64,000 nt of DNA from Ignavibacteriales bacterium CG07_land_8_20_14_0_80_59_12 (GTDB taxonomy: Bacteria; Bacteroidota; Ignavibacteria; 0-14-0-80-59-12): NCBI GenBank assembly GCA_002779395.1, contig PEWR01000091.1:1464-65463 (forward strand). Reading direction: 5' to 3'. The notes below the pieces were generated by a model that saw nothing but the letters and a program-made list of their open reading frames with translations, made no database searches and was not told the DNA's origin. Below, piece by piece: positions 17,901 through 26,095 of this stretch. Each line of letters opens with the position of its first letter. Positions within the stretch are counted from its first letter, which is position 1. Position numbers and translations under genes: made by a program.

Positions 17901-18563
17901 AACGACTCAACGACGCTCCTCGGGATGAACCTTCTCTCGCAGGATGTCTACCTATTCGAGAACTCACAGCTATTCTCCGTGAGGGGTCGGTTGATTGTCC
18001 GGAACGGACTTTCGCAGTTCGCCAGTTACCGGGAGCGTTCGGCCAGCGAGGAGAGGTCGGTGAGGGTGAGGGTTCAGCCTCTCCGCGAATTCTCCATTCA
18101 GGCGGAGTACGGATCTCGCGTCAACCGTCTGCGCCCGTCCACGACGTCGGACAGAGCGTACGACGTGAGCGGCAGTTCCGGCGTGTTCGACTTCTCGTAC
18201 CGGCCGGAACAGGAGATTGAGTTCGGGCTCCACGTTGAAGTGGGTGAGAATGAAAATACCGCATCGGTTCCCCTCCAGTCTGCCGGTATGAATGCCGAGG
18301 GGGTCCGTTTTGTCCGGTCGTTTGCAGGGAAGGGACAGTTCCGGGTTGAGTTTCACAGGGAAGAGGTGCTTCTCAGCTCCTTATCGGCGGCGCCGTACGA
18401 AATGACGAATGGGCGCCTCCCGGGCGTGAATTTCCTCTGGAGCGCTTGGGGCGATTTTCGGTTCGCGGGCTTCTTGCAGGCGTCTGCACGCTACGATGGG
18501 CGGACGGGTTCTTCAGGAAGGGTCATCCATTCACTCCAGGCGGAAGTGCGGGCTTTCTTCTAG
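14991..18563 (+). CDS. Large (1190 aa) cysteine-free secreted/outer-membrane protein, probable beta-barrel (C-terminal ...RAFF)
   Basis: N-terminal signal peptide (LLFSLLLVSLDGTQGRAQ). No Cys in 1190 aa. Composition rich in S/G/R/T/Y with alternating amphipathic strands. C-terminal aromatic residue. Family not recognised from sequence alone. Confidence 0.5.
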   Translation: MRGSRHSTGLSGSLLFSLLLVSLDGTQGRAQVRDSVSQLPVAFTYTLPLADSVVRLPAEFREIAPWEGLTVRIDSLSLSAGKDFWVDTLHNVLRISPELLTRVSSAAPNLGAPGRAKPRVIVETTRRAGVFKSRFSLPPPRRIASGDTALASGITPPLTPPLQLRDVFGPGIQRSGSLTRGFVVGSNRDVSLTSNFRLQLSGMLGADIAVAAALADENSPIPPEGLTKQLQEFDKVFVEIRAPRAGATLGDFDFMRSGGSLGVVQRKLQGAEGRLSLGDSTSRTEVTVAAAVARGKFTTNRFNGLDAVQGPYQLAGANGERSIVVVPGSERVSIDGEPMTRGAVEEYTIDYSLAQVTFTVRRIISSASRISVDFQYVDRQYTRTFAGADVRSTVAGGALGVSYYREADNQDSPIDVVLSDTDRAIISKAGSDPFAAAKSSIMYTGVDSVTGASKGRYLLVDTVVAGSPLKILRYAPGDVRALYDASFTFVGDGKGEYSRRQIGEFSYAGPGGGSYAPITLLPIPQLHQLADVSLARDVGNAFHAEVNYALSSFDANRFSAGGTARSTGHAVNARLSLRPVILRVGGVSLGEFGAAVSDNYYGDSFRPLDRIKPIEFNRIWDVSDTLVGSQNVLTAELLYHPSASLTLLNTYGLLTTASGVSSSKYSGRLRVESAPSRALDYTVEYVQREGGGPLSSNWLRQRGSGFLDLGAVKPAVRFEAEDRRQSATDSTGAASLDATSFRFAEVAPSIGFPRLLGSSFSLNGFFRFDDLPYGGEFVRQATSTGFGGAWKYTEGGGLSASIDLTQRTKRFDDQFKTQGSRDAKTLLVRSVTQYRDGRGSVSTDLYYEFGTERAAKLERVFLRVEKGTGSYTYIGDSSQRAVPDPNKFVPVRFDGDYVPVTVPSDRLYPVSSVKSGIRVRLTPARLWPQASSFVESALAALSSETSLRVEEKSTDERMSDLYLLRLSRFLNDSTTLLGMNLLSQDVYLFENSQLFSVRGRLIVRNGLSQFASYRERSASEERSVRVRVQPLREFSIQAEYGSRVNRLRPSTTSDRAYDVSGSSGVFDFSYRPEQEIEFGLHVEVGENENTASVPLQSAGMNAEGVRFVRSFAGKGQFRVEFHREEVLLSSLSAAPYEMTNGRLPGVNFLWSAWGDFRFAGFLQASARYDGRTGSSGRVIHSLQAEVRAFF

Positions 18564-18756
18564 AGCGGGATCAAGTGGCGGCAGGCGGGGGCGATTCAGG
18601 GGGACGATGGTTAGTCACTCGCTCGTGTCAAGGACGTGCAATTTTCGGAAATGCAAGTGATTTGCAATTTTGCGGGAAAACCCTATCTTGAATCTGTTTG
18701 CCGCTGGGCCGTGGAGTGGTTCCTCTGCGACCGTCTCGATTCAAGGGACTTTGTGA

Positions 18757-19413
18757 ATGACAGCTTTGGTACTTGGTGTCATCATCGGGTTTGCTACGTC
18801 AGTCCCGATCGGCCCGATTAACCTTGCTGTGATGGCGAAGACGCTGCGAGACGGTGTGCACCAGGCACTGAATCTCTCGCTCGGGGCCGTCGTCATGGAC
18901 GTACTCTACGTCCTTGTCGCCATGCTTGGCATTTCCGTTTTCATCGACCTTCCTATCGCTCGGTTTGTCCTCGGGCTGATCGGCTTCTTCCTTTTGATCT
19001 ACTACGGCCTTCGAAGCATCCTGACGAAGCGACACCATATCGAACCGCCGCCGAACGGGAACACGAACGGGCCTCAGAAGAAGTTTCATAGCGCGTTTTT
19101 CGTCGGGATCGCACTTTACCTGTCAAACCCGACGTTCCTCGCGTACTGGATTGCCGTCGCCGGGGTCATGCACGGTCACGGACTCGTCGCCGTCGAGACC
19201 TTTGCGAATGTCCTCTTCGCTGTCGGTGTTGGTACAGGAACTGCGCTCTGGTTCTACGGTGTCATCCGCGCCGTTCATCACCAGAGGCACGTTCTGAAGG
19301 TGAGCACCATCCAGCGCCTCACACAGGTGGCGGGGGCGACCCTCCTTGCGTTCGGTGTGTATGTCGGGTACGAGCTGTTCGTCAGCCTGAGAAGCGGGCT
19401 GCTGTCGTTTTGA
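18757..19413 (+). CDS. LysE/RhtB family amino-acid efflux transporter
   Basis: About 218 aa, six predicted TM segments, N-terminus MTALVLGVIIGFATSVPIGPINLAVMAKTL typical of LysE-type translocators. Confidence 0.7.
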   Translation: MTALVLGVIIGFATSVPIGPINLAVMAKTLRDGVHQALNLSLGAVVMDVLYVLVAMLGISVFIDLPIARFVLGLIGFFLLIYYGLRSILTKRHHIEPPPNGNTNGPQKKFHSAFFVGIALYLSNPTFLAYWIAVAGVMHGHGLVAVETFANVLFAVGVGTGTALWFYGVIRAVHHQRHVLKVSTIQRLTQVAGATLLAFGVYVGYELFVSLRSGLLSF

Positions 19414-19441
19414 GTCTCCTTCACTTTCGCTGCTGTGGCGC

Positions 19442-19951
19442 ATGGAAACCGTGTACTGCACGTCATTCCGCTCCACCGTCGGGACGATCTACATCGCCTC
19501 GACGGACCAGGGCGTCTGCAAAGTGAGCGTGCCGAAGCAGACAAGGAGGGAGTTCTTCGACTGGCTCGGGAAACACTTCGATGACGACTCTGTCGCTGAG
19601 AACAAATCGAGGAACAAGCCCCTCATTGAACAACTTTCGCGCTACTTTAGACAACGCCTTGCGAAGTTTACCATCCCTCTTGACGATCGCGGGACACCGT
19701 TCCAGCGGCGGGTCTGGAAGGAGCTCCAGAGAATTCCGTACGGACAGACGATCACGTATAAGGAGCTCGCGCGGAGGATCGGTGCTCCCAAGGCGTACCA
19801 GGCAGTCGGGCAGGCGGTCGGCGCCAACCCGCTTCCGATCCTCATCCCCTGCCACCGTGTCGTCGGCTGCGATGGCTCGCTGCGGGGTTACGCCTGTGGT
19901 GTGAAGACAAAGGAGTTCCTCCTTCGGCTGGAGGGCGCTCTCATCGTGTGA
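19442..19951 (+). CDS. ogt: Methylated-DNA-protein-cysteine methyltransferase (O6-alkylguanine repair)
   Basis: Active-site motif IPCHRVV and a helix-turn-helix DNA-binding region (YGQTITYKELARRIGAPKAYQAVGQA). Confidence 0.85.
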   Translation: METVYCTSFRSTVGTIYIASTDQGVCKVSVPKQTRREFFDWLGKHFDDDSVAENKSRNKPLIEQLSRYFRQRLAKFTIPLDDRGTPFQRRVWKELQRIPYGQTITYKELARRIGAPKAYQAVGQAVGANPLPILIPCHRVVGCDGSLRGYACGVKTKEFLLRLEGALIV

Positions 19952-20029
19952 GGTGGACCGCGGGGTTTCACGTGGAGTTGGATGTTCCATCCGCCGCATT
20001 CTGTGCGGCAATTTTTTTCGCCGGTACTG

Positions 20030-22291
20030 ATGTCACTTGAGAAGATCCTTTCGAAACTGAATCCGGCGCAGCAGGAGGCGGTGCGTGCGATCGAGGGGCC
20101 CGTGCTCATCGTGGCTGGAGCAGGGAGCGGGAAGACCCGTGTCCTCACGTACCGCGTCGCCGCCATGATCGAGCTCGGCATCTCCCCGTTCTCGATCCTT
20201 GCACTTACGTTCACGAACAAGGCGGCGAACGTGATGAAGAGGCGGATCATCGATCTCGTCGGCGAGCGGAGCCGCGACGTGTCGATGGGAACATTCCACT
20301 CGCAATTCGCCCGCGTCCTCCGCAGCGAGGCAGACAAGCTCGGCTACAACCGCTCGTTCACGATCTATGACAGCGAAGACTCACTCGAGCTCGTGAAGAT
20401 GATCATGGGGGACCTCGGTATATCGACACAGCAGTTCAACCCCCATGCCATCCGATCGCGTATCAGCGGAGCGAAGAACCGGCTCGTCCTCCCGCAGGAG
20501 TACCTCTCGAAATCGTCGACTCTGATCGACGAAAAGACCGCTGCGGTCTACGAGGAGTACAACCGCCGTCTCCGCACGCAGAACGCGATGGACTTCGATG
20601 ATCTTCTCATCAAGCCGATCGAGCTCTTCCAGGCACAGCCGAACGTGCTTCGGAAGTACCAGTCTCGCTTCAAGTACGTCCTTGTCGACGAGTTCCAGGA
20701 CACGAACCACGCCCAGTTCGTCCTCCTGGACCTCCTTGCCGCGCAGCAACGCAACCTCTCCGTTGTTGGCGACGATGCACAGAGCATCTACTCGTTCCGC
20801 GGGGCGGACATCCGGAACATCCTGGACTTTGAGCGAACGTACTCTGACTGCAGGATTTTCCGCCTCGAGGAGAACTACCGGTCGACGAAAACGATCCTCG
20901 CGGCGGCGGCTTCCGTGATCCGTTGGAACGCCGACCAGATCCAGAAGAAGTTGTGGACGTCGAATCCGGAAGGGGACCCGGTGACCGTCCTTGAGTGCGA
21001 GGACGAGCGCGACGAAGGATACCAGCTGGCGAAGGAAATCGAGGCGCTGATTGCCCGCGGCTCGATGGCATTCCGCGACATAGCGGTGGTATACCGGACC
21101 AACGCCCAGTCCCGCTCGATTGAAGATGCGCTCCGGCGGTGCGGCATCACGTACACCATTATCGGCGGCGTGGAGTTCTACCTGCGGAAGGAGATCAAAG
21201 ATGTCCTCGCGTACCTGCGCGTCGTCGTCAATCCGGTGGACGAGGAAAGCCTTCTCCGGGCCGTCAACACGCCGCCCCGGGGCATCGGCGACACGACGCT
21301 CAGGCACCTGCGCCAGCACGCCGCGGAGAACCACTGCACTCTCTTCGATGCCATGCGGCGGGCGGCTGAGGTCCCTTCGCTGACGGAGCGCGCACGCCGG
21401 AGCCTGCTCTCGTTCACGGGGATGCTGGAGAAGTACATCTCGTTTCGGGACGAAATGTCCGCCAGTGAGCTGTCCCGTTCTCTTGTGGACGAGCTCGGCT
21501 TTCTCACCGCGCTGAAGGCCGAGGGAACAGCCGAGGCGCTCGCGCGTTGGGAAAACGTGCAGGAACTCCTCTCCGCACTCTCCGAGTTCTCCGAATCGCA
21601 TGAACGCGGGACGCTTGTCGCCTTTCTCGAGGAAGTGTCCCTGGTCTCAGCCGTTGACAGGTGGGAGGAGGAGAAGAGCGCCGTGACGCTGATGACCCTC
21701 CACAGTGCGAAGGGGCTCGAGTTCCCGGTCGTCTTTATCGTGGGCCTCGAAGAGGGGCTTCTTCCCCTCTCGAATGGGACGCTCGATCGGTCTGCGCTGG
21801 AGGAGGAACGCAGACTCTTCTACGTCGGCATGACGAGGGCCAGGGAGAAGCTTTATCTATCTTACACACGGACACGGTTCCGGTTCGGGGATCGTTCCTA
21901 TACAACGCGCTCAAGGTTTCTCGATGAGATTGGAGCGGAGTATCTTGAGTACCGCAGGTCGCGAGGTAGGTCACTGGCGGAGGGGCGGCGCATGCCGGAA
22001 GGAAGGCTTGCACCACCGGGGGCGGGTGGCGAACTGTACGCCGGCTCTCTCCCGAGGTCTGTGCGCATGAGGAAAACACCGGCCGCTAGGCCGCCGCGCA
22101 GCGAGGAATCGGACTGGTCCAGCGGCTCGCTCCGCGTGGGGATGATCATCTATCATGAGAGCTTCGGGCGCGGAAGGATCATACAACTCTCGGGCGAAGG
22201 TGATCTGGCACGTGCGGCAGTGGCGTTCGATGAGGGGGGAAAGAAACTGCTCCTGCTGAAGTATGCACGGCTTCGGTTGGAAGGGGAGTAG
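20030..22291 (+). CDS. uvrD: ATP-dependent DNA helicase UvrD/PcrA family with C-terminal Tudor-like extension
   Basis: LNPAQQEAV...GPVLIVAGAGSGKTRVLTYRVA (motif I), DEFQDTN (motif II), UvrD_C region, C-terminal SLRVGMIIYHESFGRGRI. Start chosen at ATG 20030 (MSLEKILSKLNPAQ). Confidence 0.85.
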   Translation: MSLEKILSKLNPAQQEAVRAIEGPVLIVAGAGSGKTRVLTYRVAAMIELGISPFSILALTFTNKAANVMKRRIIDLVGERSRDVSMGTFHSQFARVLRSEADKLGYNRSFTIYDSEDSLELVKMIMGDLGISTQQFNPHAIRSRISGAKNRLVLPQEYLSKSSTLIDEKTAAVYEEYNRRLRTQNAMDFDDLLIKPIELFQAQPNVLRKYQSRFKYVLVDEFQDTNHAQFVLLDLLAAQQRNLSVVGDDAQSIYSFRGADIRNILDFERTYSDCRIFRLEENYRSTKTILAAAASVIRWNADQIQKKLWTSNPEGDPVTVLECEDERDEGYQLAKEIEALIARGSMAFRDIAVVYRTNAQSRSIEDALRRCGITYTIIGGVEFYLRKEIKDVLAYLRVVVNPVDEESLLRAVNTPPRGIGDTTLRHLRQHAAENHCTLFDAMRRAAEVPSLTERARRSLLSFTGMLEKYISFRDEMSASELSRSLVDELGFLTALKAEGTAEALARWENVQELLSALSEFSESHERGTLVAFLEEVSLVSAVDRWEEEKSAVTLMTLHSAKGLEFPVVFIVGLEEGLLPLSNGTLDRSALEEERRLFYVGMTRAREKLYLSYTRTRFRFGDRSYTTRSRFLDEIGAEYLEYRRSRGRSLAEGRRMPEGRLAPPGAGGELYAGSLPRSVRMRKTPAARPPRSEESDWSSGSLRVGMIIYHESFGRGRIIQLSGEGDLARAAVAFDEGGKKLLLLKYARLRLEGE

Positions 22292-22340
22292 GACAATGGC
22301 AACCGCGGATTCCTCCGCGTGAATTTGCAGTTGCTTCTTC

Positions 22341-23468
22341 TTACTTTCCCAACACTGTGCGGTAGTACGTTTCGTACTGATCGACGATCTTCTCTGAGTT
22401 GAACTGCTCCACAGCGCGGCGTCGACCAGCTTCTGCAAACCTCAATCGCTTCTCCTCGTTCCTGAGCAGGTCAATCGCGTAGCGTGCCATCCTGTCGATG
22501 TCGCCGATTTCGGCGATGTATCCGGTCTCGCCGTGCACCACAAGCTCCGGAAGCCCGCCCACGCTCGAACTTACCACAGGCACCTCGCACGCCATCGCCT
22601 CAAGCGCGGAGAGGCCGAAGCTCTCCGACTGGCTCGGCATGAGGAAAAGGTCCGATGCCGAGTGAATCTCCACCAGGTTGGTCTGCTTCCCGAGGAACCG
22701 GACTTCATGGTCAATGCCGAGATCATGGCAGAGCTTCTCGCACACGGAGCGATCGGGGCCGTCGCCGACAAGGACGAGCTTTGACGGGACGGACTTCCGG
22801 ACGACGTCAAAGATGCGGATCACATCAGTGACCCTCTTCACGGCTCGGAAGTTCGAGACATGGACGAGGACGCGCTCGCCCTTCGGGGCGATGACCTTCC
22901 TGATCGCCTCCCCGTTCCCCCGCCTGTAGAGCTTGACATCGACAAAGTTCGGAATGACCTCAATCGACTTGTTGATCCCGTAGTTCGTGAGGGTTTTCTC
23001 GCGTAGGAAGCGCGACACCGCGGTGACTCCGTCACTCTGCTCGATGCTGAACTTCATCACGGGGAGGTAGCTCGGCTCAAGCCCGACCAGCGTGATGTCC
23101 GTCCCGTGGAGTGTCGTGACGATTTTCAGCCGGTCTCGGCCGAGAATCTCCCGCGCAAGGTACGCGCTCGTGGCATGGGGGATCGCGTAGTGAACATGGA
23201 GAAGATCGAGGTACTCAAACTGTGCGACGTCGATCATCTTGCTTGCGAGCGCTGTCGTGTAGAGGGGAAACTCGAACAGCGGGTACTGTGCCATCTCCAC
23301 TTCGTGGTAGAAGACGTTCTTGATGAAGCCGTTGAGACGCATCGGGACGGCGTACGAGATGAAATGGACTTCGTGGCCCCGCTTCGCAAGCTCCTTCCCG
23401 AGCTCCGTTGCGACGACGCCGCTGCCGCCGTACGTTGGATAGCACGTGATGCCGATTTTCATAGACAT
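22341..23468 (-). CDS. bshA: GT4 glycosyltransferase, BshA-like (N-acetyl-alpha-D-glucosaminyl L-malate synthase, bacillithiol biosynthesis)
   Basis: N-terminus MKIGITCYPTYGGSGVVATELGKELAKRGHEVHFIS and ...LHVHYAIPHATSAYLAREILG..IVTTLHGTDIT closely follow the BshA pattern. C-terminal GT4 EX7E region. Confidence 0.7.
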   Translation of the reverse strand: MSMKIGITCYPTYGGSGVVATELGKELAKRGHEVHFISYAVPMRLNGFIKNVFYHEVEMAQYPLFEFPLYTTALASKMIDVAQFEYLDLLHVHYAIPHATSAYLAREILGRDRLKIVTTLHGTDITLVGLEPSYLPVMKFSIEQSDGVTAVSRFLREKTLTNYGINKSIEVIPNFVDVKLYRRGNGEAIRKVIAPKGERVLVHVSNFRAVKRVTDVIRIFDVVRKSVPSKLVLVGDGPDRSVCEKLCHDLGIDHEVRFLGKQTNLVEIHSASDLFLMPSQSESFGLSALEAMACEVPVVSSSVGGLPELVVHGETGYIAEIGDIDRMARYAIDLLRNEEKRLRFAEAGRRRAVEQFNSEKIVDQYETYYRTVLGK

Positions 23469-23606
23469 TGCGAGTCTCCCAGCGAGTCCCGCGTTCCTTC
23501 AGGGTCAGTCCGAGGTCGCCTTTGGCGACCTCGGAAGACGGATCGAGGCCTCGCGCTTGATTTTGTGGCGCGTTGTCAACATCTTGAATTGACCTGAGAA
23601 CCCATC

Positions 23607-24251
23607 ATGCCGGACGATTCGTACACGACACTCCTCAAGCCCTCGCGCGTTAAGCTGAGAATCAAAGGGTCGCGCTTCATTGTCTCCGCCCGTGCAACTG
23701 CAACACGGAGGGAGGCGGAGGAGTTCGTCGAGTCCATTCGGCGCGAGTTCCACGATGCGACACACAACTGCTACGCCTACTCGGCCGGGTTCCCGCGAAG
23801 CGAGGTTCGTGCAAGCGATGACGGCGAGCCGTCGGGAACCGCAGGGGCGAGGATCCTCGGAGCCATCGAGGGAAGGAGGCTCCACAATGCGGCTGTCGTT
23901 GTGACCCGGTACTTCGGCGGTACGAAGCTCGGCGTCGGCGGCTTGAGCCGCGCCTACCGCGACGCGGCCATCCAGGCAATCAAAGCGTCCGGGACAACGG
24001 AGCGCTTCGTCCTCGAGTGTCTTCGCCTGACGTTCCCATCCGACCGGGTGGGTTCCGTCATGCGCCACATCGAACTCTACCATGCCTCGATCGACGATGC
24101 CGCCTACGCCGAGGGTGCTGTCCTCGCAGTTTCAATCCGCCGATCTCATGCGGAAGCTTTCTGCCACGCGCTCATCGACGCCACTGCGGGGAACATCGAA
24201 ATCAGTGAGCTCCCCGAGGCCTCGCCACCAGCGAACCCCTCTCACGCCTGA
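23607..24251 (+). CDS. yigZ: IMPACT/YigZ family protein (UPF0029)
   Basis: Conserved HNCYAY and SDDGEPSGTAG ... VVTRYFGGTKLGVGGL blocks typical of YigZ/IMPACT. Confidence 0.8.
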   Translation: MPDDSYTTLLKPSRVKLRIKGSRFIVSARATATRREAEEFVESIRREFHDATHNCYAYSAGFPRSEVRASDDGEPSGTAGARILGAIEGRRLHNAAVVVTRYFGGTKLGVGGLSRAYRDAAIQAIKASGTTERFVLECLRLTFPSDRVGSVMRHIELYHASIDDAAYAEGAVLAVSIRRSHAEAFCHALIDATAGNIEISELPEASPPANPSHA

Positions 24252-24480
24252 GCGATCTTCACCCGAGCTTCTTTCACAAGCCGCGCCGTATCGATGGCGA
24301 TGACGAGCTCCTCGTTCGTCGGGACGACAAGGATCTTCACGCGGGAGTCGTCCGCCGATATGATCTTCTCTTTCTCCTTACGGCAAGGGTCTCAATGCCC
24401 GCCGCTGAAGCTGCCTGGGCGATCCCCTGACCCATGATGCCGATTCGGACGACGGCAAGCTTGTCTACTCACTCCGGGTC
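24242..24480 (-). pseudogene. Short gene-fragment scar: hbd-like Rossmann N-terminal fragment joined to acetate-kinase-like C-terminal fragment (no intact ORF)
   Basis: Minus-strand translations give KLAVVRIGIMGQGIAQAASAAGIE (resembles the 3-hydroxyacyl-CoA dehydrogenase N-terminus) and, in another frame ending at the stop 24242-24244, ADDSRVKILVVPTNEELVIAIDTARLV (resembles the AckA C-terminus). Both are less than 52 codons and bounded by stops. Confidence 0.3.
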
Positions 24481-24779
24481 TCGCCCGGAGGGTTGAATAG
24501 CGGAGAGGATATCCTCTATCCGTACGTCTTCTGTAGCCGTTGAAATGCCTTTGCAAATGAACGGTCAGTTGACGGAAAGGAAATGAGTGACTGTCTGCTT
24601 GGTGGAGGCCACAACACCTTGAATTTAGGCAAACCGTGAGGCATATTCAAGGCATCTCTCACATGGGACGCCAGCGGCCCGGCGGCCGCAACTTGCACTT
24701 TTCTCGTTGCTTGAGTAACTTATGTTTGTTGCAAGTTGAACTTTGGAACTAGAACTGGTTCAAGAACGTTGACATACAA

Positions 24780-24805
24780 GAGGCTGACGAAGCCTCTTCA
24801 TTTTG
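24780..24805 (+). terminator. Terminator-like hairpin (GAGGCU-gacga-AGCCUC followed by UUCAUUUU) 35 bp upstream of the Rrf2 gene
   Basis: Perfect 6-bp GC-rich stem, 5-nt loop, U-rich tail on the plus strand. No plus-strand CDS ends nearby (yigZ ends 530 bp upstream). Confidence 0.35.
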
Positions 24806-24837
24806 GGAGGAATCACGACTCTTTCGGTCGTATTTGA

Positions 24838-25239
24838 ATGTTGAGGCTCTCAAAGAGAGTGGAGTACGGTCTCATCGCGGTGCGCCATATCGCGGCACTG
24901 CACGTTGGTACCGTCGTCACCGCCAAGGAGATATCGGACCGCTATCATATCCCCTTCGACCTTCTTGCGAAGATCCTTCAGCGGCTTTCGAAGAGCGGGC
25001 TCGTCATCGCCCAACACGGCGTGAAGGGAGGGTATTCGCTCTCCAAGAGCCCTGATCAGATTCCTCTCTCGCTCATCGTCAACGCCATCGAGGGACGGCA
25101 GGTCGTCGCGGTCTGCATCTCGGAGAAGAACGAGGATTGTCGCATCTCCGAGACCTGCACGATCAAGTCCTCGCTCTTCAAGATCCAGAATAACGTTGAC
25201 CAGATTTTCTCGACGATGCTGCTCTCGGAGATCGTCTGA
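24838..25239 (+). CDS. Rrf2-family transcriptional regulator (IscR/SufR-like, three-Cys cluster ligands)
   Basis: N-terminus MLRLSKRVEYGLIAVRHIA (Rrf2 wHTH) and the Cys cluster CISEKNEDCRISETC. Lies upstream of sod and the suf operon. Confidence 0.75.
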   Translation: MLRLSKRVEYGLIAVRHIAALHVGTVVTAKEISDRYHIPFDLLAKILQRLSKSGLVIAQHGVKGGYSLSKSPDQIPLSLIVNAIEGRQVVAVCISEKNEDCRISETCTIKSSLFKIQNNVDQIFSTMLLSEIV

Positions 25240-25435
25240 GTAGTGTGATGCTTGCAGTCGTGAGCGGCCGAGGTTGAAACGAGGTGAAGATGGCTGAGCT
25301 CGGGGGTGCCGCTTCAAGAACCCAAGTGCGGTGAAGAGCTGCGGCTGCGGAAAGTCGTTTTCCGTGTGACAGAATTCCCCCGCGAGAATCTTTGAAAGAC
25401 CAACTATCAACTATAACAAATCAGGGAGAAACACT

Positions 25436-26065
25436 ATGTCCTACGAATGGAAGTTCAACCCCCGTCCGTACTCGGATCAGGAGGCCAAAGAGCTTCTGAA
25501 GGATGTTGCGTCGCCCGAGACGACGGACTGGCACTACAACACTCACCAGAAAGGGTACGTCACTGCCCTCAACACGATAGAGAAGGCACTCGAGACCGCC
25601 GACCGTTCAAAGGCGAATGGGAACTACTCGGAGATCGGTGAGTTGAAACGCCGGCTGACCTGGAACCATTCGGGCGCCCTGCTCCATGATATTTACTGGC
25701 AGGGGCTCGGAGGAGACGGCGATCCGAAGAAGGGGCCCGAGATTCTGCGGGAGATCGAGAAGGAATTCGGTTCGTTCGACGCGTGGAAGACGGACTTCAA
25801 AGCGGCCGCAGTGGCGGCGAAGCTGAGCGGATGGGGGCTCCTTGTGTACGACGCCCTCTACTCACAACGGCTCCTCAATATCCTCGTGGACGAGCATCAG
25901 TACGGGGCTATCTGGGGAGGCGTCCCGCTTATCGCACTCGATGTTTTCGAGCATGCGTACTACCATAAGGACGGGCCCGCGCGCGCGAAGTACATCGACA
26001 ACGTGATTTCCCACCTTCACTGGGGACGGATCGATGAGCGTTTCAAGAAGCTTGTGAGGAAGTAA
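25436..26065 (+). CDS. sod: Fe/Mn superoxide dismutase
   Basis: Signature DVFEHAYY, N-terminal His ligands (WHYNTHQKGYV), 209 aa. Confidence 0.85.
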   Translation: MSYEWKFNPRPYSDQEAKELLKDVASPETTDWHYNTHQKGYVTALNTIEKALETADRSKANGNYSEIGELKRRLTWNHSGALLHDIYWQGLGGDGDPKKGPEILREIEKEFGSFDAWKTDFKAAAVAAKLSGWGLLVYDALYSQRLLNILVDEHQYGAIWGGVPLIALDVFEHAYYHKDGPARAKYIDNVISHLHWGRIDERFKKLVRK

Positions 26066-26095
26066 GACACCTGCCGGTGAGTGAAATGGAGAAAG

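Noticed and set aside
20381-21601. 406-aa minus-strand ORF inside uvrD. Similar long antisense ORFs occur at 15300-16130, 26737-27945, 29376-30794, 46299-47486, 57041-58423, 1501-2367 and 12738-13406.
   Set aside because: All lie antisense to well-supported genes in high-GC DNA, where stop codons are rare. Their translations are low-complexity and Arg/Pro-rich with no motifs, so they are typical GC-rich shadow ORFs.
24769-24774. TTGACA hexamer at 24769-24774 as a promoter -35 for the Rrf2 gene.
   Set aside because: No -10-like hexamer lies 16-18 bp downstream (the terminator-like stem starts there), so it is more likely coincidental or part of the operator region.
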